64,000 nt of DNA from Amoeboaphelidium protococcarum X5 (Eukaryota > Fungi > Aphelidiomycota), in NCBI GenBank assembly GCA_023515725.1, contig JALDTO010000266.1, forward strand, positions 506,708 to 570,707. Reading direction: 5' to 3'. This document shows, piece after piece, positions 22,828-36,215 of the stretch. The first letter of the stretch is position 1; every line of letters starts with the position of its first letter. Under the pieces are notes generated by a model. The model was given only the letters and a program-made list of their open reading frames with translations. It was not told the origin of the DNA and searched no databases. The position numbers and the translations under genes were made by a program.

Positions 22828-25665
22828 ATGATTGAATAGATTGTCAAGATAGCTCTGTAAGAACTCGCTTTTGAAGGAACGAATGGATGTAGTGTTAAGA
22901 AATTATTACGGCTGGTAAATAAGCAGCTGCCTGATGTCGATTCGTCCAGTGATCAGATGGCCAGATATGTGCATGATATTCTGGTGAAAATTCCATGCGT
23001 TGATAGCGGCGACTCTGCTGGTGATTAATAGTCTTCCATAGTCCGCATGAATGATTAAGACAGGTGTCAGTGGTTGCTTGAGAAATCCGCTCTAACGTCA
23101 GAGTAGCTGTCACCTAAAATCGCACAGATATTGGACGTTGTAGCTAGCAGTCGATGGCGTGGAATATCACAGATTGATTTGTGTAAATAATTATCAATTG
23201 ACGCGCGATCTCTCAATTATTACACGAAGCTCCTTCTAGAGAATGGTGTTATCCTCAGACGTAATGGTAGATCTAATGTCAGCGGCAGTAGCTACAATAT
23301 CATTCTCCACCATTAGCGATTTGTCAATGAGGAAGAAGATGATGCTGCTGGTGAGTTAAATGCTGCTGCTGCTGATAATGGTGGTGATAGCGAAAGTAAA
23401 AAGAACGCTAATGGTCTTAATAGAACCAGCATTGAGTACAGAGTATAGATATGTAAGGCACTAGAGTAGGCAAAGAATCGAACTCTTACATTATCTGACT
23501 TGCGTCGCATGGTCGCTATAGACAACGTTCAAGAGAGCCGTCAATATAAAAGAGGGAGAGAGTGGTTGAAAAATAATGGATACATTGAGAAGCTGTTTGT
23601 TGACTTTTCACCTGCTTATACAGAGATGGATGATGCTAATTTGCCTTATTAATAGGATATATAGGCGTAATCATCTGGATAAAGATTCAGTTCAGAGCCC
23701 GAGGATGAAGCTCAAGGCGAAGAATAGTAGAATCTGAAATCTGTCAGTGGTGGTGGTAAACTTACTACGTGCATCAGACTAATTAAACCATACAATCCCG
23801 TGTCTGAAGATCCTAAAGCGTTTAGAGTTAAAGCTTAGGATGACATTGCTTAGGCGTCCGGCGAAGACGAAGAAATGGACCTGGATAAGGATGTGGTTGG
23901 TTGCAATAATACTTTTACTTACGGATTTGCTTCTGATTATTAAATGTTTAACGTGATTGCTTGGAACAAGTCTGGCCTCACCACTTAAGATCTCCGAAAG
24001 TAGATGAGTAATTTAAATGGCCGCGTTCTGAACACTATGGCGGAGAGATTATGTGGTACGACATCATCCAATTCTAACAGTAGTTAGAAGTCCGGCAAGT
24101 TCAAAAAGAAGTAAAATAGCAAGTCTTTTAACGCTTACACTCAGTACCATATGCCTAGTGTCAATCGTGCCATTGAATTCAATAAGAAGGAGAAGACTTT
24201 GAAGTTGACTGTAACCAATATGTACTGCCCATCTATAATACGGGACGTAGCAGATGCTTAAGAGTAGACTGTTGGCGTCTCTGCTGTTGGTCGTGTCAAT
24301 CTATAGTCAGCCGCTGATATCCTGTAATAGTCTTAATCAACTACTGCTTAAGCAATACGTACAGAAGATGTCACTCCGCCTTCATCAGTTGCTTAATCTC
24401 CTGTACCTCAACTCAAAACAGCTTCGGTTGATACGGTCACTCTTCCACAGTAGCAGAATCTCAATCTGACAGCTTTGGCTAGATCGAAACTTTTGTTATC
24501 GATCTTGGATTAAGAACCGATTGTCTAATTGGATATCTATTTTTTGAGAAAGTTTAGTCAACTTCTCTACCTGGATAAGAAGGACAAGGCTGAGGTTGAT
24601 CGCAAGACTTTAGAGCGGAACATCAAGCTCTTGGAGTAGCATGGATTTTTAAAGACATTGAAAGTGGCCTGTCGCCGGGTGAATGGCAGTACATGCTATC
24701 GTATGCTTTTATTGCACAGAAATGTGTAGGTGGATGACGACAATGAAGAGTTGTGCGATGCAATCGAAGTTGTAAAGTCTGGAGCTCATTGTGGTCAGTT
24801 TGGCTCAGAGTTTGCTCAATAGAAACCACCAGAGATTCCTAATGTGGTCACTGATCTGGAAATTGATAGACTACCTCCACTTCCTAAGCCTGTCAAGACT
24901 AGATTGCAGTTGAGAAAAGAGAGAAATCGAAGCAAGAGACGGCGTCATAGTGATGAATATGTTGATAGTGACGATACCTCTGCTTATGAGTCTGACTATA
25001 GTTCGAATAGTGATGCTGGTGATGGCGATTATATTGAGACGGATCGTGGTCATAGATTGAAATCTAAAGGAATGCACTTGCTCAAACCCCCTCAAGAGTT
25101 GTACGACTGGTAAACTGTGTCGTATGATACATTATCTGATCTGTATAGGCTCAAGAAACGACTACCACTAGCTCTCTTTTAATCATCTGGTGAATATATT
25201 AGTGGAATCGAAGACGGCTCAACCTAGACCAAGAAGTTTGATAGTCTATTAGGCGCAACGTTGGCCATGCCTCTTCTCGGAACTCAAGTCAGCGATGGTG
25301 ACCAGTAGATTAGTACAGAAGACATAGTCTGGCAGTAGGCAATTACGCAAGTGTAACACTAACTGATTGCAGAAGGTGACGATGTTAATGAAGTTATGGA
25401 ATAAGATGCAGGATCCAGAGAGAGTATATATGATCCCATCGGTCAGTAACTTGATGTGAAAAGTTGTAGAATCCCAGACAATCTTACAAGCATAACTAAT
25501 GTTAGAGCTAATGAGGATATCTATTGGTTATTGAACGCTGTATCAAGTCATATGGCAGTACTGCAGCCTCGAGAGTTGTCTCTCTCCAACGAGCAATGGA
25601 GTTCCATATTGGTGAATAAGTAGCTCGCAAAACTTGGATTATCTTTCGACATTAATCTGCTATGA
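22828..25665 (+). CDS. TFC3: TFIIIC B-box-binding subunit (Tfc3/GTF3C1), ~945 aa
   Basis: N-terminal LQELAFEGTNGC; B-block domain LDVVASSRWRGISQIDLCKQLSIDARSLNYYTKLL; TGA 25663-65. Confidence 0.75.
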
Positions 25666-25889
25666 ACATTTAACAAAGTGAATAAGATTTATTGTATTCT
25701 AATAAATAATGCTATTGCGTGAATATTGTTTCAGTCATAGTTTGGAAAAATTGTAATTTATCAAGAGGAAGTAGATATAGACAAAGAAAATAGGCTGCAT
25801 ATTAACTAAGCGTACGTACACTAATTCACTTATTAAACTATTGATATCACGAGCATACACCTCAACAGTCTCTACCAGTCTCTGAGTGT

Positions 25890-27270
25890 TCAAAAGTCCA
25901 TTGAAGACGAGTTGAAATTAGAATTGTGTGATTTCAAATCTGCGTCAATACTGTCTCGGAACCTCTTCATGACACTACTGAAATCCTTTAGACTCGTCTT
26001 TTACCAATCTACAAATACAAAGTTGATTGAAAATATTCTTTTGAATCTTGTTAAAAGTGACAATATCACCTTTTAATTGAGAATCGGAAGCGCCGGATCT
26101 GTCATAGGCCATCATCTCCTGTATGACTCCATTCAAGGTGGGCACTGTTAGAGGATTGAATTTGTCTGCATCCACCGCATCAATAGGTACACAAATTTTA
26201 CCTACATATTATGAATTAGATTCTGAGAAAACAGCATATTATCGTAAGGTTGAATATGGGCATAGTAAGATCTTACCAGTTTTGGGGTGAACACAGAATG
26301 GGCTCTTGAGCAAGTGATTTAAGTGCATACTAACCTGAGCATCTAGGCGAGGATACATGTAGAAGAATTGAATGTTCCTAACACAGTTATCCAGCTTCTT
26401 ATCTTTCATTCCACCAACGTACTCTGTCAACACTCTCCATTACTCTGCAGCAGAGTGGCATTGAGACCAGTGATCACTCAACTTCTACCTTAATGCCTCA
26501 TGCGGCACCAGTTTCAACATATCTAGCGGCAACTTTGGAGCATCAGGTCCGAGCATGTAACCATGGAAATACTAGTCTATTATGACAGCACTTCTCGACA
26601 TATGCGGATGCTGATAACTCATTTTACTGGCCGCGTCACCACTCAGGGCGCGAACAACTTCCAGATACTGCACAACACTACGCCTGCTCTCTTCATTCAT
26701 CACACGCGCACGCTAATCAGCCACCCACAAGTGAACACCTCTACGACCGCTGTATACCCATAACAGACACTGGAAGCCAAAGTCTGACCTGAGACACTCA
26801 TCAATCACCTTGATAGAGACGGTCATGAGGGTCCAACACTTTCGACAAATGTCAGCACCAGCACAGCATGAACGCACCTGATCATAATCCGTCATATCGA
26901 TATCGATGACAAACTCTCTCTGCACCGGCTTAAAGCTCTTCGTCATGGACTTGTTCTTGGGCTTGGTGGAGTACACGGCGCCAATGTCAATCTTGGCCGG
27001 ATTCTTCTTGCACAGATCAGAGTGGAATTCCCTGTGTGTCATGTACGACTGGTAACGCACGTAAATCTCTTCCCCGCTGGAACCAGTCAGAGTATAAGAC
27101 CATTCTCTGTTGTGCAAAATAGTTGGATCGCCATAGCTCAGCCACTGTAGCATCCACTCTTACGGAAAGAGACGCTCATAAAACATCTTCCTCAACACCT
27201 ACATGTCATCCACAAGCAGAATCTACTCATCACTCTCATCCACTTGGTTCACAGGATCACTGACTGTCAT
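25890..27270 (-). CDS. PRI1: DNA primase small subunit
   Basis: KIDIGAVY, REFVIDIDMTDY, VYSGRRGVHLWV, YPRLD..HLLKSPFCVHPKTG. Introns 26202-26276 and 26009-26069. Confidence 0.95.
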
Positions 27271-27970
27271 TTCTCAGACTTTTTGACACTAGTTATTATA
27301 TATATATATATATACAGAAGTTTTCTATGTGATGCCACTTAAATGAATGCTATTCCTTGGGAAAGTCTCGTTCTTGATGCAAAGTTATACGGAACTACTG
27401 TATCTATTAGAAAGTGAACGCGCGTCTTTGAAAAGTTGAAACGAGACGAACGTTGCTCTGCTAGTCTGGCTGTCCGTCTGCGCTGGAGAGAAAGAGAAAT
27501 CGCGTCCGGATTCCATGAAACAGAAATGGCGCTCTTGTTAGTGCTCACCACCACTATCTCAAAGAGAAGCTACTGTACACTGTATACTGCAATTTATCAA
27601 GAAATACTCTCGGAACAATTAAGAAATCTTTTATTTAAAGGCTATAACGTGTCATTGCAGTTTTGATACTAAAAGTGGTGAGTTTTTGTTTGATTTTGTT
27701 GACTGGTTTCTGTGAATATTATTTTCACGGTAATACTAACAACTTGTAAGAGTATAAGCACGTATATTTAATCCTATGATACTGTAATAAACTTTTATGG
27801 CCATACACACGCGCTCAGTAGACTATCCGATCGTGTAGATTCACTTTCTAAGGAGACAGACGCGCGTCTCTCTTCCACCTCTTAAGTATTCAATCTTTTA
27901 AAGTTCTTCTTATTAAACAAAAAATTAAATCGCCAATAAAGACTATTCAGTTGGATCACTTGGTGTTATT

Positions 27971-29845
27971 ATGATATTGATTATGCGTCTTGTAGTTTTG
28001 TATTTATGCGGATTAATACATTTCGCGATGTCTAATGAACATGACCATGTGTATGAGGATGGGGAAGACGTGGTTGTATGGGCGAATACTGTTGGACCGT
28101 ACGACAATAGATAGGAAACGTACGAGTACTTTCAACTTCCATACTGCTAAGGAGAGAAGGAGCCTTAGCATCATCACGAGACTCTGGGTGAGGCATTACT
28201 GGGTATGGAACTGGTGAGTACCGGCATGGAGATTGGATTTAGACGTAACGTGGAGAAGCGGCCCATCTGTGAAGAATATGAGCTCAATTCGCGTCAGATT
28301 ACTCTTTTCTAATACGCAATCAGTAATAACTACTTCTTTCAGTACTTTATTGATGACCTGTACGTTGGTGGTTATGTGGGTGAAAGTGATGTGGGAGATG
28401 ATGGTCTTTACTTGTACACGCATTAATCATTCGAGTTCCATTACAACGAAGATAGGATTATTGGCGTGTCCTTACAGACGGCTAATCCTGTCCTTTTAGG
28501 ATAAGAGCTGGATAGTATCAAGTTGAATTTTACGTATTCAGTTGTGTGGACAGAAACATCAGTAGAATTCAAAGATCGATTTGACTTTTATCTGGATACC
28601 GAGTTCTTTGAGCATCAGATTCACTGGTTTGCCATCGCCAACTCTTTCATGATGGTTCTGTTCTTGATTGCTTTTGTGGTTGTTATCCTGATGAGAGCCC
28701 TGCGTATGGATTATGCTCGTTATGATAGACTAAGTGGTGGATCTGATGGTAGGAATAGTTTCAATAATTTATCACCGCCGTATTCCAGTAGTACCAGTAA
28801 CAATAATAATAATAATAACTATAGTAACGCGGTTGGCTAATCATATAGTAGATTTGGAGATGAAGAGTTGATGGATTTCAGTGAAGATTATGGATGGAAA
28901 TTGGTTCATGGCGACGTGTTTAGGCGACCAGAGAAGCTGTCTCTTCTTAGTGCGTCTATAGGTACTGGGTACTAGTTGAACGTTATGTGTGTTCTCATAA
29001 GTATTCTGGCTCTTGTGGGCAATATGTATACAGAGAGAGCCTCGATTCTTACGGGGAGTATTTTTATTTTTGCCGCCACTTCGTTCATCGGTGGATACTA
29101 TTCGGCGCAGTTCTTTGTCGGCTATGGTGGACGGCGTTGGATACGAACTCTGATGTTGAGTGCATCATTATGGTCTAGTGCCGTATGTGCCATCACTATC
29201 ATAGTGAACTTTATAGCGATTTATTATAAAAGTACAAAGGCTATACCTGCTGGAACAATGGTTGCCATGTTTTGTATATGGGCGTTCATGGTATTTCCTT
29301 TGACTTTGCTGGGCACTGTCGTTGGTAAGAACTGGACTAGGAAGTTTTCATTTCCCACCAGAGTTAATCCTATTCCTAGGCCTGTGCCTGAGCGATAATG
29401 GTACAATGAGCCTGGTTTCTTGATATTTGTAGGCGGTATTCTTCCATTTGGCTCTATTTTCATCGAAGTGTACTTTGTGTTCACCTCATTCTGGACTTAC
29501 AAGGTGTATTACGTGTTTGGATTCCTCCTTCTGGTAATAGCTAATCTATGGATAGTGACTGCCTGTGTATCTATAGTGGTTACTTATCATCTGTTGAATA
29601 GTGAGGATTGGCGGTGGCAGTGGGTATCTTTTCTTACTGGAGGATCAGTTTCGTTGTACATTTTCATGTACTCGATATATTACTTCTTTGCAATGACTAA
29701 AATGTATGGCCTGTTCTAGACTGCATTCTACTTTGGTTACACCTCAGTTCTATGTCTCGGCGTATTTTTAATGTGTGGATCCATCGGGTACTCTGCTGCG
29801 TCTGCGTTTGTACGTCGCATTTACGCCACTGTCAAGATTGACTGA
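27971..29845 (+). CDS. TM9SF3: Nonaspanin TM9SF3-like
   Basis: Signal peptide; [10 protein letters not shown](TAG)ETYEY; [11 protein letters not shown]; [11 protein letters not shown]; [12 protein letters not shown]; C-terminal VKID. Start may be 27983. Confidence 0.93.
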
Positions 29846-29917
29846 ATTGGTTATTAGAAGAGGAAAATTATATCCTTATAAACTTTAAATATACATTGAA
29901 CAAAATAGACTCAACAT

Positions 29918-31483
29918 TCATTGATTACTAGATATAACAGATTTAAAGCCGACATTATCCAACTCCATTATAGATTCCGAGCCCGTTTACTTTTTACGCA
30001 TCTGATCAGACCTGGCCATAATGATATCTTTGGGTGGCTATACGATAATGTTCTTCAGAAATGACGCATCATCGTGAAAAAGAGAATCGCAAGATATTTT
30101 AAATTGACCGTGTGAAAATATCGGGGCAAGTTCTTGAGTGAGCGAACGTCTCTTTTCCAGCAGATCGTGCAAGTTCTCCAGTACGAGACCATCAATCGGG
30201 CGCTTTCTCTTATTACGTACGCCATTTTTATACAGTTTCTAGTAATGAGATTCTATCTACTTGTTCAAATCCTCTACCACTTACAAATACTCTTGATAGG
30301 CCATTCGATCCTGAGCAACTTGCTCTAGAATACGCCGTCTATTCTAATTTAGCTGATGCACTTGGCGTAAATCCTGCTATAATCTACGCAGCTCCAGGCA
30401 TATCTCATCATCTTCGTCATTACTCAAATGAGGGCCATTGCTCGCGTCCGAGTTCAAATCAAGAAGTCCCAAATGCTACAGCTCTCTTCTGATGCGCTCC
30501 TCTACATCATAGTTGAAGTCGGCATCATTCGGTAAACTGTCAATCTAATTTTGATGCAATATATCTTAATCAGTGACAAGTTCTGAATTTTCGCTAGATT
30601 CTGGTTCCAACTCCGGAGCTACGATATTTTCCTCTAACAGTGCAGATAACAATCGCTCAGTCAAACTGCCCAGCCCAGACTATAAATGCTCATGATACGG
30701 GAGCATAGCATTGTCACCATCAGCCCATACTTCTCGGTAATGCCTTCCGAGCGGAGGTATCAAGAATGCACTGACATCATCTTAACTCGCCAAATACAAG
30801 TTTTGCACATCTTGTTCCGAGATTTATTTAAAGAATTGCTCGACATAATTCCAGAATGTATTAGATGGAGTCTGCTGAGACGGCTTTAGCTTTGGCGGTG
30901 GCTAATCAGAGTTCGCAACAGCCTGTCCAGCAGCTTGATCCGGCTCCTGTGTTTCCGCGCGCGAACTCTCTTCCAAAAAAGTGGATTAACGTCTCTATCG
31001 CTTCAGAGTATCAGTATCGTCATCATCACCTTAGTCATTCTTGTGATCAGCTGCAGTGGCCGCAGTAGATCGCTTACGTTTCACCTTCGAGTCGCTCTTA
31101 TCTTTCACGACGTCTTGACTTCCAACCGCAGAAACCGCCGTCGGCCGTTGAGGGTTAATTATTCCTACAGAATCGCCACTTTTGGCAGCTTGAGCCGACA
31201 TAGCGTCGTTAAAGACACTGCCTGCAGATGGACTAATACGCATCTCCTTCTATTTCCTCTTAATATACACTTCAGCTTTCACCAGCTCGTCTTGCAAATA
31301 TTATATCTTGTCTGCATTCTACTTCTTCCATTGCCGTATCTCTCTGCGCATCGTCTTGAGCAATTTCTACTCAGCTTCCCCACTCACAGCGCCATCTAAA
31401 TATTTCTTTGCCGAAGGGCAGCATTCATCTAATGATATTGCAGATAAAGTATTGAATAATAGTTTCTCTAGATTTGAATCCAT
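29918..31483 (-). CDS. ADA3: SAGA/ADA subunit Ada3
   Basis: GSLTERLLSALLEEN, VEERIRRELQHLGLLD, EDDEICLELRRLQ. Confidence 0.8.
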
Positions 31484-31727
31484 TTTATAAATTGTACAGT
31501 GCAGTGTGTGTGTGTATTAAGGGTGGGTAATTCGTGATGTCGTTGTAGTGATCGGGTTGCGTCACTTTCAGTCGTCTCCTTGAACTAGCGAGCACAAAGC
31601 CCCTTGGTGGCCGCGCCTGCAATTTGCGGTAATGATGAAACATTGCAAGAAGCTTAAAATAATCGTAACACTTAAAAACACATGTTAAGAATTTATCTGC
31701 TAAAAATGAAAATTTTATTTTCAAAGT

Positions 31728-33599
31728 TCAAGCACAAGTTGCTGCGTGACCAAATCTACTTAGATTATATGTGTTCAGACAGCCATCGGTGAGTAGACGC
31801 GTAAGTCTTTCATTGGCGCTCGTGTCGCCACTAGCAGCTGCTGCTTCATACCATCGCAGAGCTTCGTGAAGATTCTTATCAACACCCAAACCTTTTTCAT
31901 AGCAATTTCCTAATTAAAATTGTGCCGCTGTGTGATTCTGCTCTGCTGCTTTCCTGAACCAATACACGGCCTGTTGTGGATCAGAGTTACATCCGACTCC
32001 ATTCAGATAACACTGGCCTAGTTTGTTTTACGCCCTCGCGTGCTCTTAACACGCAGCCTTATGATACCAATGGAACGCAACTTCATCGCTTCTCTCCACG
32101 CCTAGTCCCTCGGAATAGCAAAAGCCGAGATTACATTGAGCCCATGGATTATTCTACTATGCAGATAGTAGATACCACTTCGCAGCCAGCTTGTAATCTT
32201 TAGGAACTCCAATTCCATCTTCATAACAGTAGCCGAGAGAGTTCTGGGCAAGAGCATTGCCCTGTTCAGCGCTCAGACTGAACCATCTGGCAGCCTCAGC
32301 AGGATTCTTCTCAACACCGATTCCATTTCGGTAACAATAACCCAGACTGAGCTGAGCAGGGGCATGGCTCTGCTCGGCCGACTTTGTATAAAACTCGACA
32401 GCCTTCTGATGATCTACAAGTACACCAATGCCATTTTGGTAACAATATCCCAAACTATGGTAAGCGAAAGCGTTACCGTGCTCAGCCGACTTTGTATACC
32501 AGTGCACAGCCTCATAATAATTCTAAGGGACACCAATACCATTCTGATAACAATAACCCAAGTTGTGTTGCGCACGAGAATGCCCTTATTGTGCAGCCTT
32601 CAAATACCATTGCGCACCGATAGCCTCATTTCTCTCAACACCAATTCCATTCTGGTAGCAGTAGCCTAGATTACACTCAGCCCATGGGTATCCTTGTTCC
32701 GCTGATCGTGTGTACCAGGTGACTGCCATCAAAGGATCTGGCTCAACGCCAATACCATCCTCATAACAGTAGCCAAGTGAATTTTGAGCAAAAGCATTGC
32801 CTTACTCAGCACTGAGTCTGTACCACTTTACAGCTTCAGTCTCATTTTTCTCGACACCAATACCATCTTCATAACAATAACCTACATTGTAAATGGCCAC
32901 AGATTCTCCCTACTGAGCAGCTAGTAGATAATAACGCATTGCCTCTTGCTCATCCTTCTCGACGCCGAAGCCTTCTCCATAACAGTAACCCAGAATGCCT
33001 TGTCCACGAGGATGACCTTGCGCAGCAGATAACTTATACCAGTAAACAGCTTTACGATCGTCCTTATCAACACCGACACCATCGTGGTAACACACTCCCA
33101 GTGCATACTGGGCAGAAGCGTCAGACTCTTATTCAGCAGCATTGATTAGCCATTCCACAGACTTTGATCCAATAGCATTAGCACGCTGCTGCCATTCTTC
33201 AGCTTCAACGCGGTTGATCTTCACGCCCGGACGACCGTATTTTCTTAGAAATGCTAGGCGCGCACAACACAAGCCATCACCCAACATTGATCCATCAATG
33301 TAAAGCTTTTCAGCACCCTTGAAATCCATCTGGATACCAATTCCAAATTCATAGCAGAAACCTAGTACACCAAAAGCCTCAGGAAGCTACCGTGTGACAG
33401 CTTGCGCAAAATAATTCACAGCCTTTGTTTCATCTCTTGCCTCATTGTCTTTGCCAAATAGAAATCTCTCTCCGAGTTTCAAAAGCGCTTACGCACGCGT
33501 TTACTCTCTCGTCGACAAGTAATTCCTGCTGAGTCGATTGAACACGCTCTTGGATTATTAATAAAGCGTGTTTGATACCTTGTTGCAATCTTGAACCAT
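31728..33599 (-). CDS. Sel1-like repeat protein (~623 aa, ~13 repeats)
   Basis: Tandem 36-aa units of the form A(E)QG..AQ..LGYCY..GIGV.KD..A..WY. Confidence 0.92.
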
Positions 33600-33782
33600 T
33601 GTGATTATTGTTTGATAATGTAATGATTAGATAAGAGATATTGCTCAATGTCCAACGCAATATCAAATAGATAGAAGAATATTTAATGCAAAATTGCTAA
33701 TGCTGATTGAAAGTAAGCGAAAAGTGTGAACACCAACGAATAGATTAACTGATCTGATCACATTTAAAGGAGCTCAAACGCG

Positions 33783-33817
33783 CCAATCAGTAAAGGAGCT
33801 GTCTATTTTCTGATTGG
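33783..33817. promoter_or_regulatory. Inverted pair of CCAAT boxes upstream of the Sel1-repeat gene
   Basis: CCAATCAG (33783-90) and CTGATTGG (33810-17), ~190-220 nt upstream of ATG 33599. Confidence 0.4.
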
Positions 33818-33930
33818 TCAGGCCCACATTACGAATGCAAAGCTATAACACTTGAAATAATTGATTATATGTATTTTACTATTTCATTCATTGATTTCAA
33901 CGTTAATTTCAAATAAATTCTTTATTTGAC

Positions 33931-35640
33931 TCACTTACTACCAGTTTTTGGTTTGGAAGCAGCAGGTGCAGTCTTGGCCGGCTTCTGAGGAACAGCTGGA
34001 GCTTTAGCAGGGGTCGGAGTCTTTACGGGAGTAGGAGCCTTTACGGGAGCTTTTGCTGGAGTAGGAGCCTTGACAGGAGCCTAGACGGGAGCTTTGGAAG
34101 GGGCTTTGACTTCAGCACTTTGGCCAGGCTACTGGGAAGTGGTCGGCTTCTTAAAAGCATTATTACCAACGCTTTCTTATTAAGCTCCAGCACTAGGTCC
34201 CGTTTCAGGTTTTTGATCGCCGCCAGTGTCCTACTACGACTTCACTTTGGGTGCAACAGCAGCAGTTTCGGCCGGAGGACTAACACCAAGGGCTGCTACA
34301 GGCACTGGCGCTGGGGTATCACCTGGTAAATCAGACTAAACTTTAGCGCCATTGGCATCAGCGGAAGGAGCAGAAGGGAGATCCTGTTGTTGCAAATTTG
34401 GAGGCAAAGTATCTTCAGTATTTGGATTCTTAGCTTGAGCTTCCTATTCAGAAGATGGTTCCGGAGTAGAAGTAGATTCAGAGTTCATGGCCACGGGAGC
34501 ATCAGGTTGCTCCTTAGTTTAAGCTCTAGTATTTGAATTTAATTCCTAATTTAATTGCTCAGCTCTTGGCTAAATCCATTACTTAATCTCATCACTAGTC
34601 CAACCGTCAGCTTCCAAAGCAGCCATGTCTTTAAGGCCAGTAGGATTCCCTTTCTCATCGACCTCAAATGCATCAATCAGAGATTTGCCATGCAGAGTCA
34701 CAGCTTTGATATGATCTGAAATCGTAGATTTATCTTATGAAGAATCTGCAGCTTAAACGTCATTTCCTTCGGCATTAGCGGTATTAGCACCATTAGCGTC
34801 AGTAGGAGTGTTGCCAATTTGAGGGTTACTGGCACCAACTTGATCGGCGGATGGTGTAGGAGTTCCATCGCCAGCAGCCGGGGCACGCAGTTACTCTTTC
34901 TGAGGAGTGCTAGCAGCAGTACCTTCAGGTTACCCAGTTTCAGTAGCGCCTGGTGAGCCTTACGTCTTGGCTCTCTCCTGCAGCTCTTGATCAAGATATT
35001 AATCGCTCTGCTTTAGATTTTAAATTTCTTCATCAGTCCAGCCTTACTATTGCAAAGCAGAATCATCTCTGAGACGAATAGGATTCCCCTAATCATCAAG
35101 CTCAAACGCGTCCAACATGCGCCCTCCATGGTAAATCGAAGAACGTATATGATTAGTCATACTGTTGGGAGGGAAGTCAGGAGAGGGTGCTCTGCCACGA
35201 GCATATGCCTCTTGCTCAGCAACTTCTTCGGGCGACATGTTTAGTGCCTTCGCAACGCGCTGTCTCCCTTCCTCTGACATCAGTTAGCTATCATCAGTCA
35301 GAAATCTACTTTGCAACGAATTGCGTATAGCTGTCTTGCTATACTCTTGTAACAACTCTGCATTTTCAGGAGATACACCTTCACTGATCAGGTCTAATTT
35401 AGTTTTAATCAAACCATCAGAATCGAAGTAGTTGGGCTACATCTAAAACCCATCGAGAGCAGATAAATCAGCTGGACCAGCCTCACTTTGACCACTACCA
35501 GTAGATTGACGTTTGACTAGGGACAACTGATGTCCGTTTGGACCATGCAAAGGAACAGACAGCACAATAGACGCGGATATTAATAGTAGAATAGTGTTAG
35601 AATAAGCAAAATAGAATAGACAAAAGTCAATTAAATAGTA
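33931..35640 (-). CDS. Orphan secreted-type Pro/Ala-rich protein with an internal ~50-aa repeat; start codon unresolved
   Basis: Frame open from 35769 to TGA 33931. It has a hydrophobic leader (NTILLLISASIVLSVP), a KR site and a KAP/TP-repeat C-terminus. The first in-frame ATG is only at 35442. Confidence 0.7.
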
Positions 35641-36215
35641 TACGTGCCGTGTGGCTGAGCTCTATTGATCAGAGATCAAGAAATAAAGTGGCGAAGCAAA
35701 TTTCTCCTTATCCGAGACGACGGTTAAGGTTAGCGACAGAACATAAGACCCAACAAATAGTAATAAATTTCATTATTTAGATTTAGCAGAATATTCAGTA
35801 GATCTCAATAGTTTGTTCCCGGGATAAAGAAGTAGATATCACTGCTCCAGCTTTTATAGTGATACGACCAAATTCTTAGCCAATGAAATAGCGAATATCT
35901 GGTCACCAGGTGCTTGTGACCGTCCAATGTGCGACGCTTGTGTTTCCATTGAATAATCAGAGGGAAGTATCTGATGTGACACAAACTTTTGTAAAATCTG
36001 ATTGGTATTGCAACATTGCAGAAGCCAACCAACACCCTTCGGATTGGGTTACATCAATACAGAAAAACAAATGCAAATGCACAACCATGCAGACAGTTTA
36101 ATGGGTGTTATCGCAATACAATGAGTTAATAAGCATCCATATATCATTCATTCCATTGTATATCTCGGAGTTGTTACTCAATTGATCAAACAACACAAAC
36201 GCGTATATAACAATT

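Noticed and set aside
25890-27270. Primase as a sign of an integrated virus or Polinton
   Set aside because: It is a typical eukaryotic Pri1 with spliceosomal introns, among housekeeping genes.
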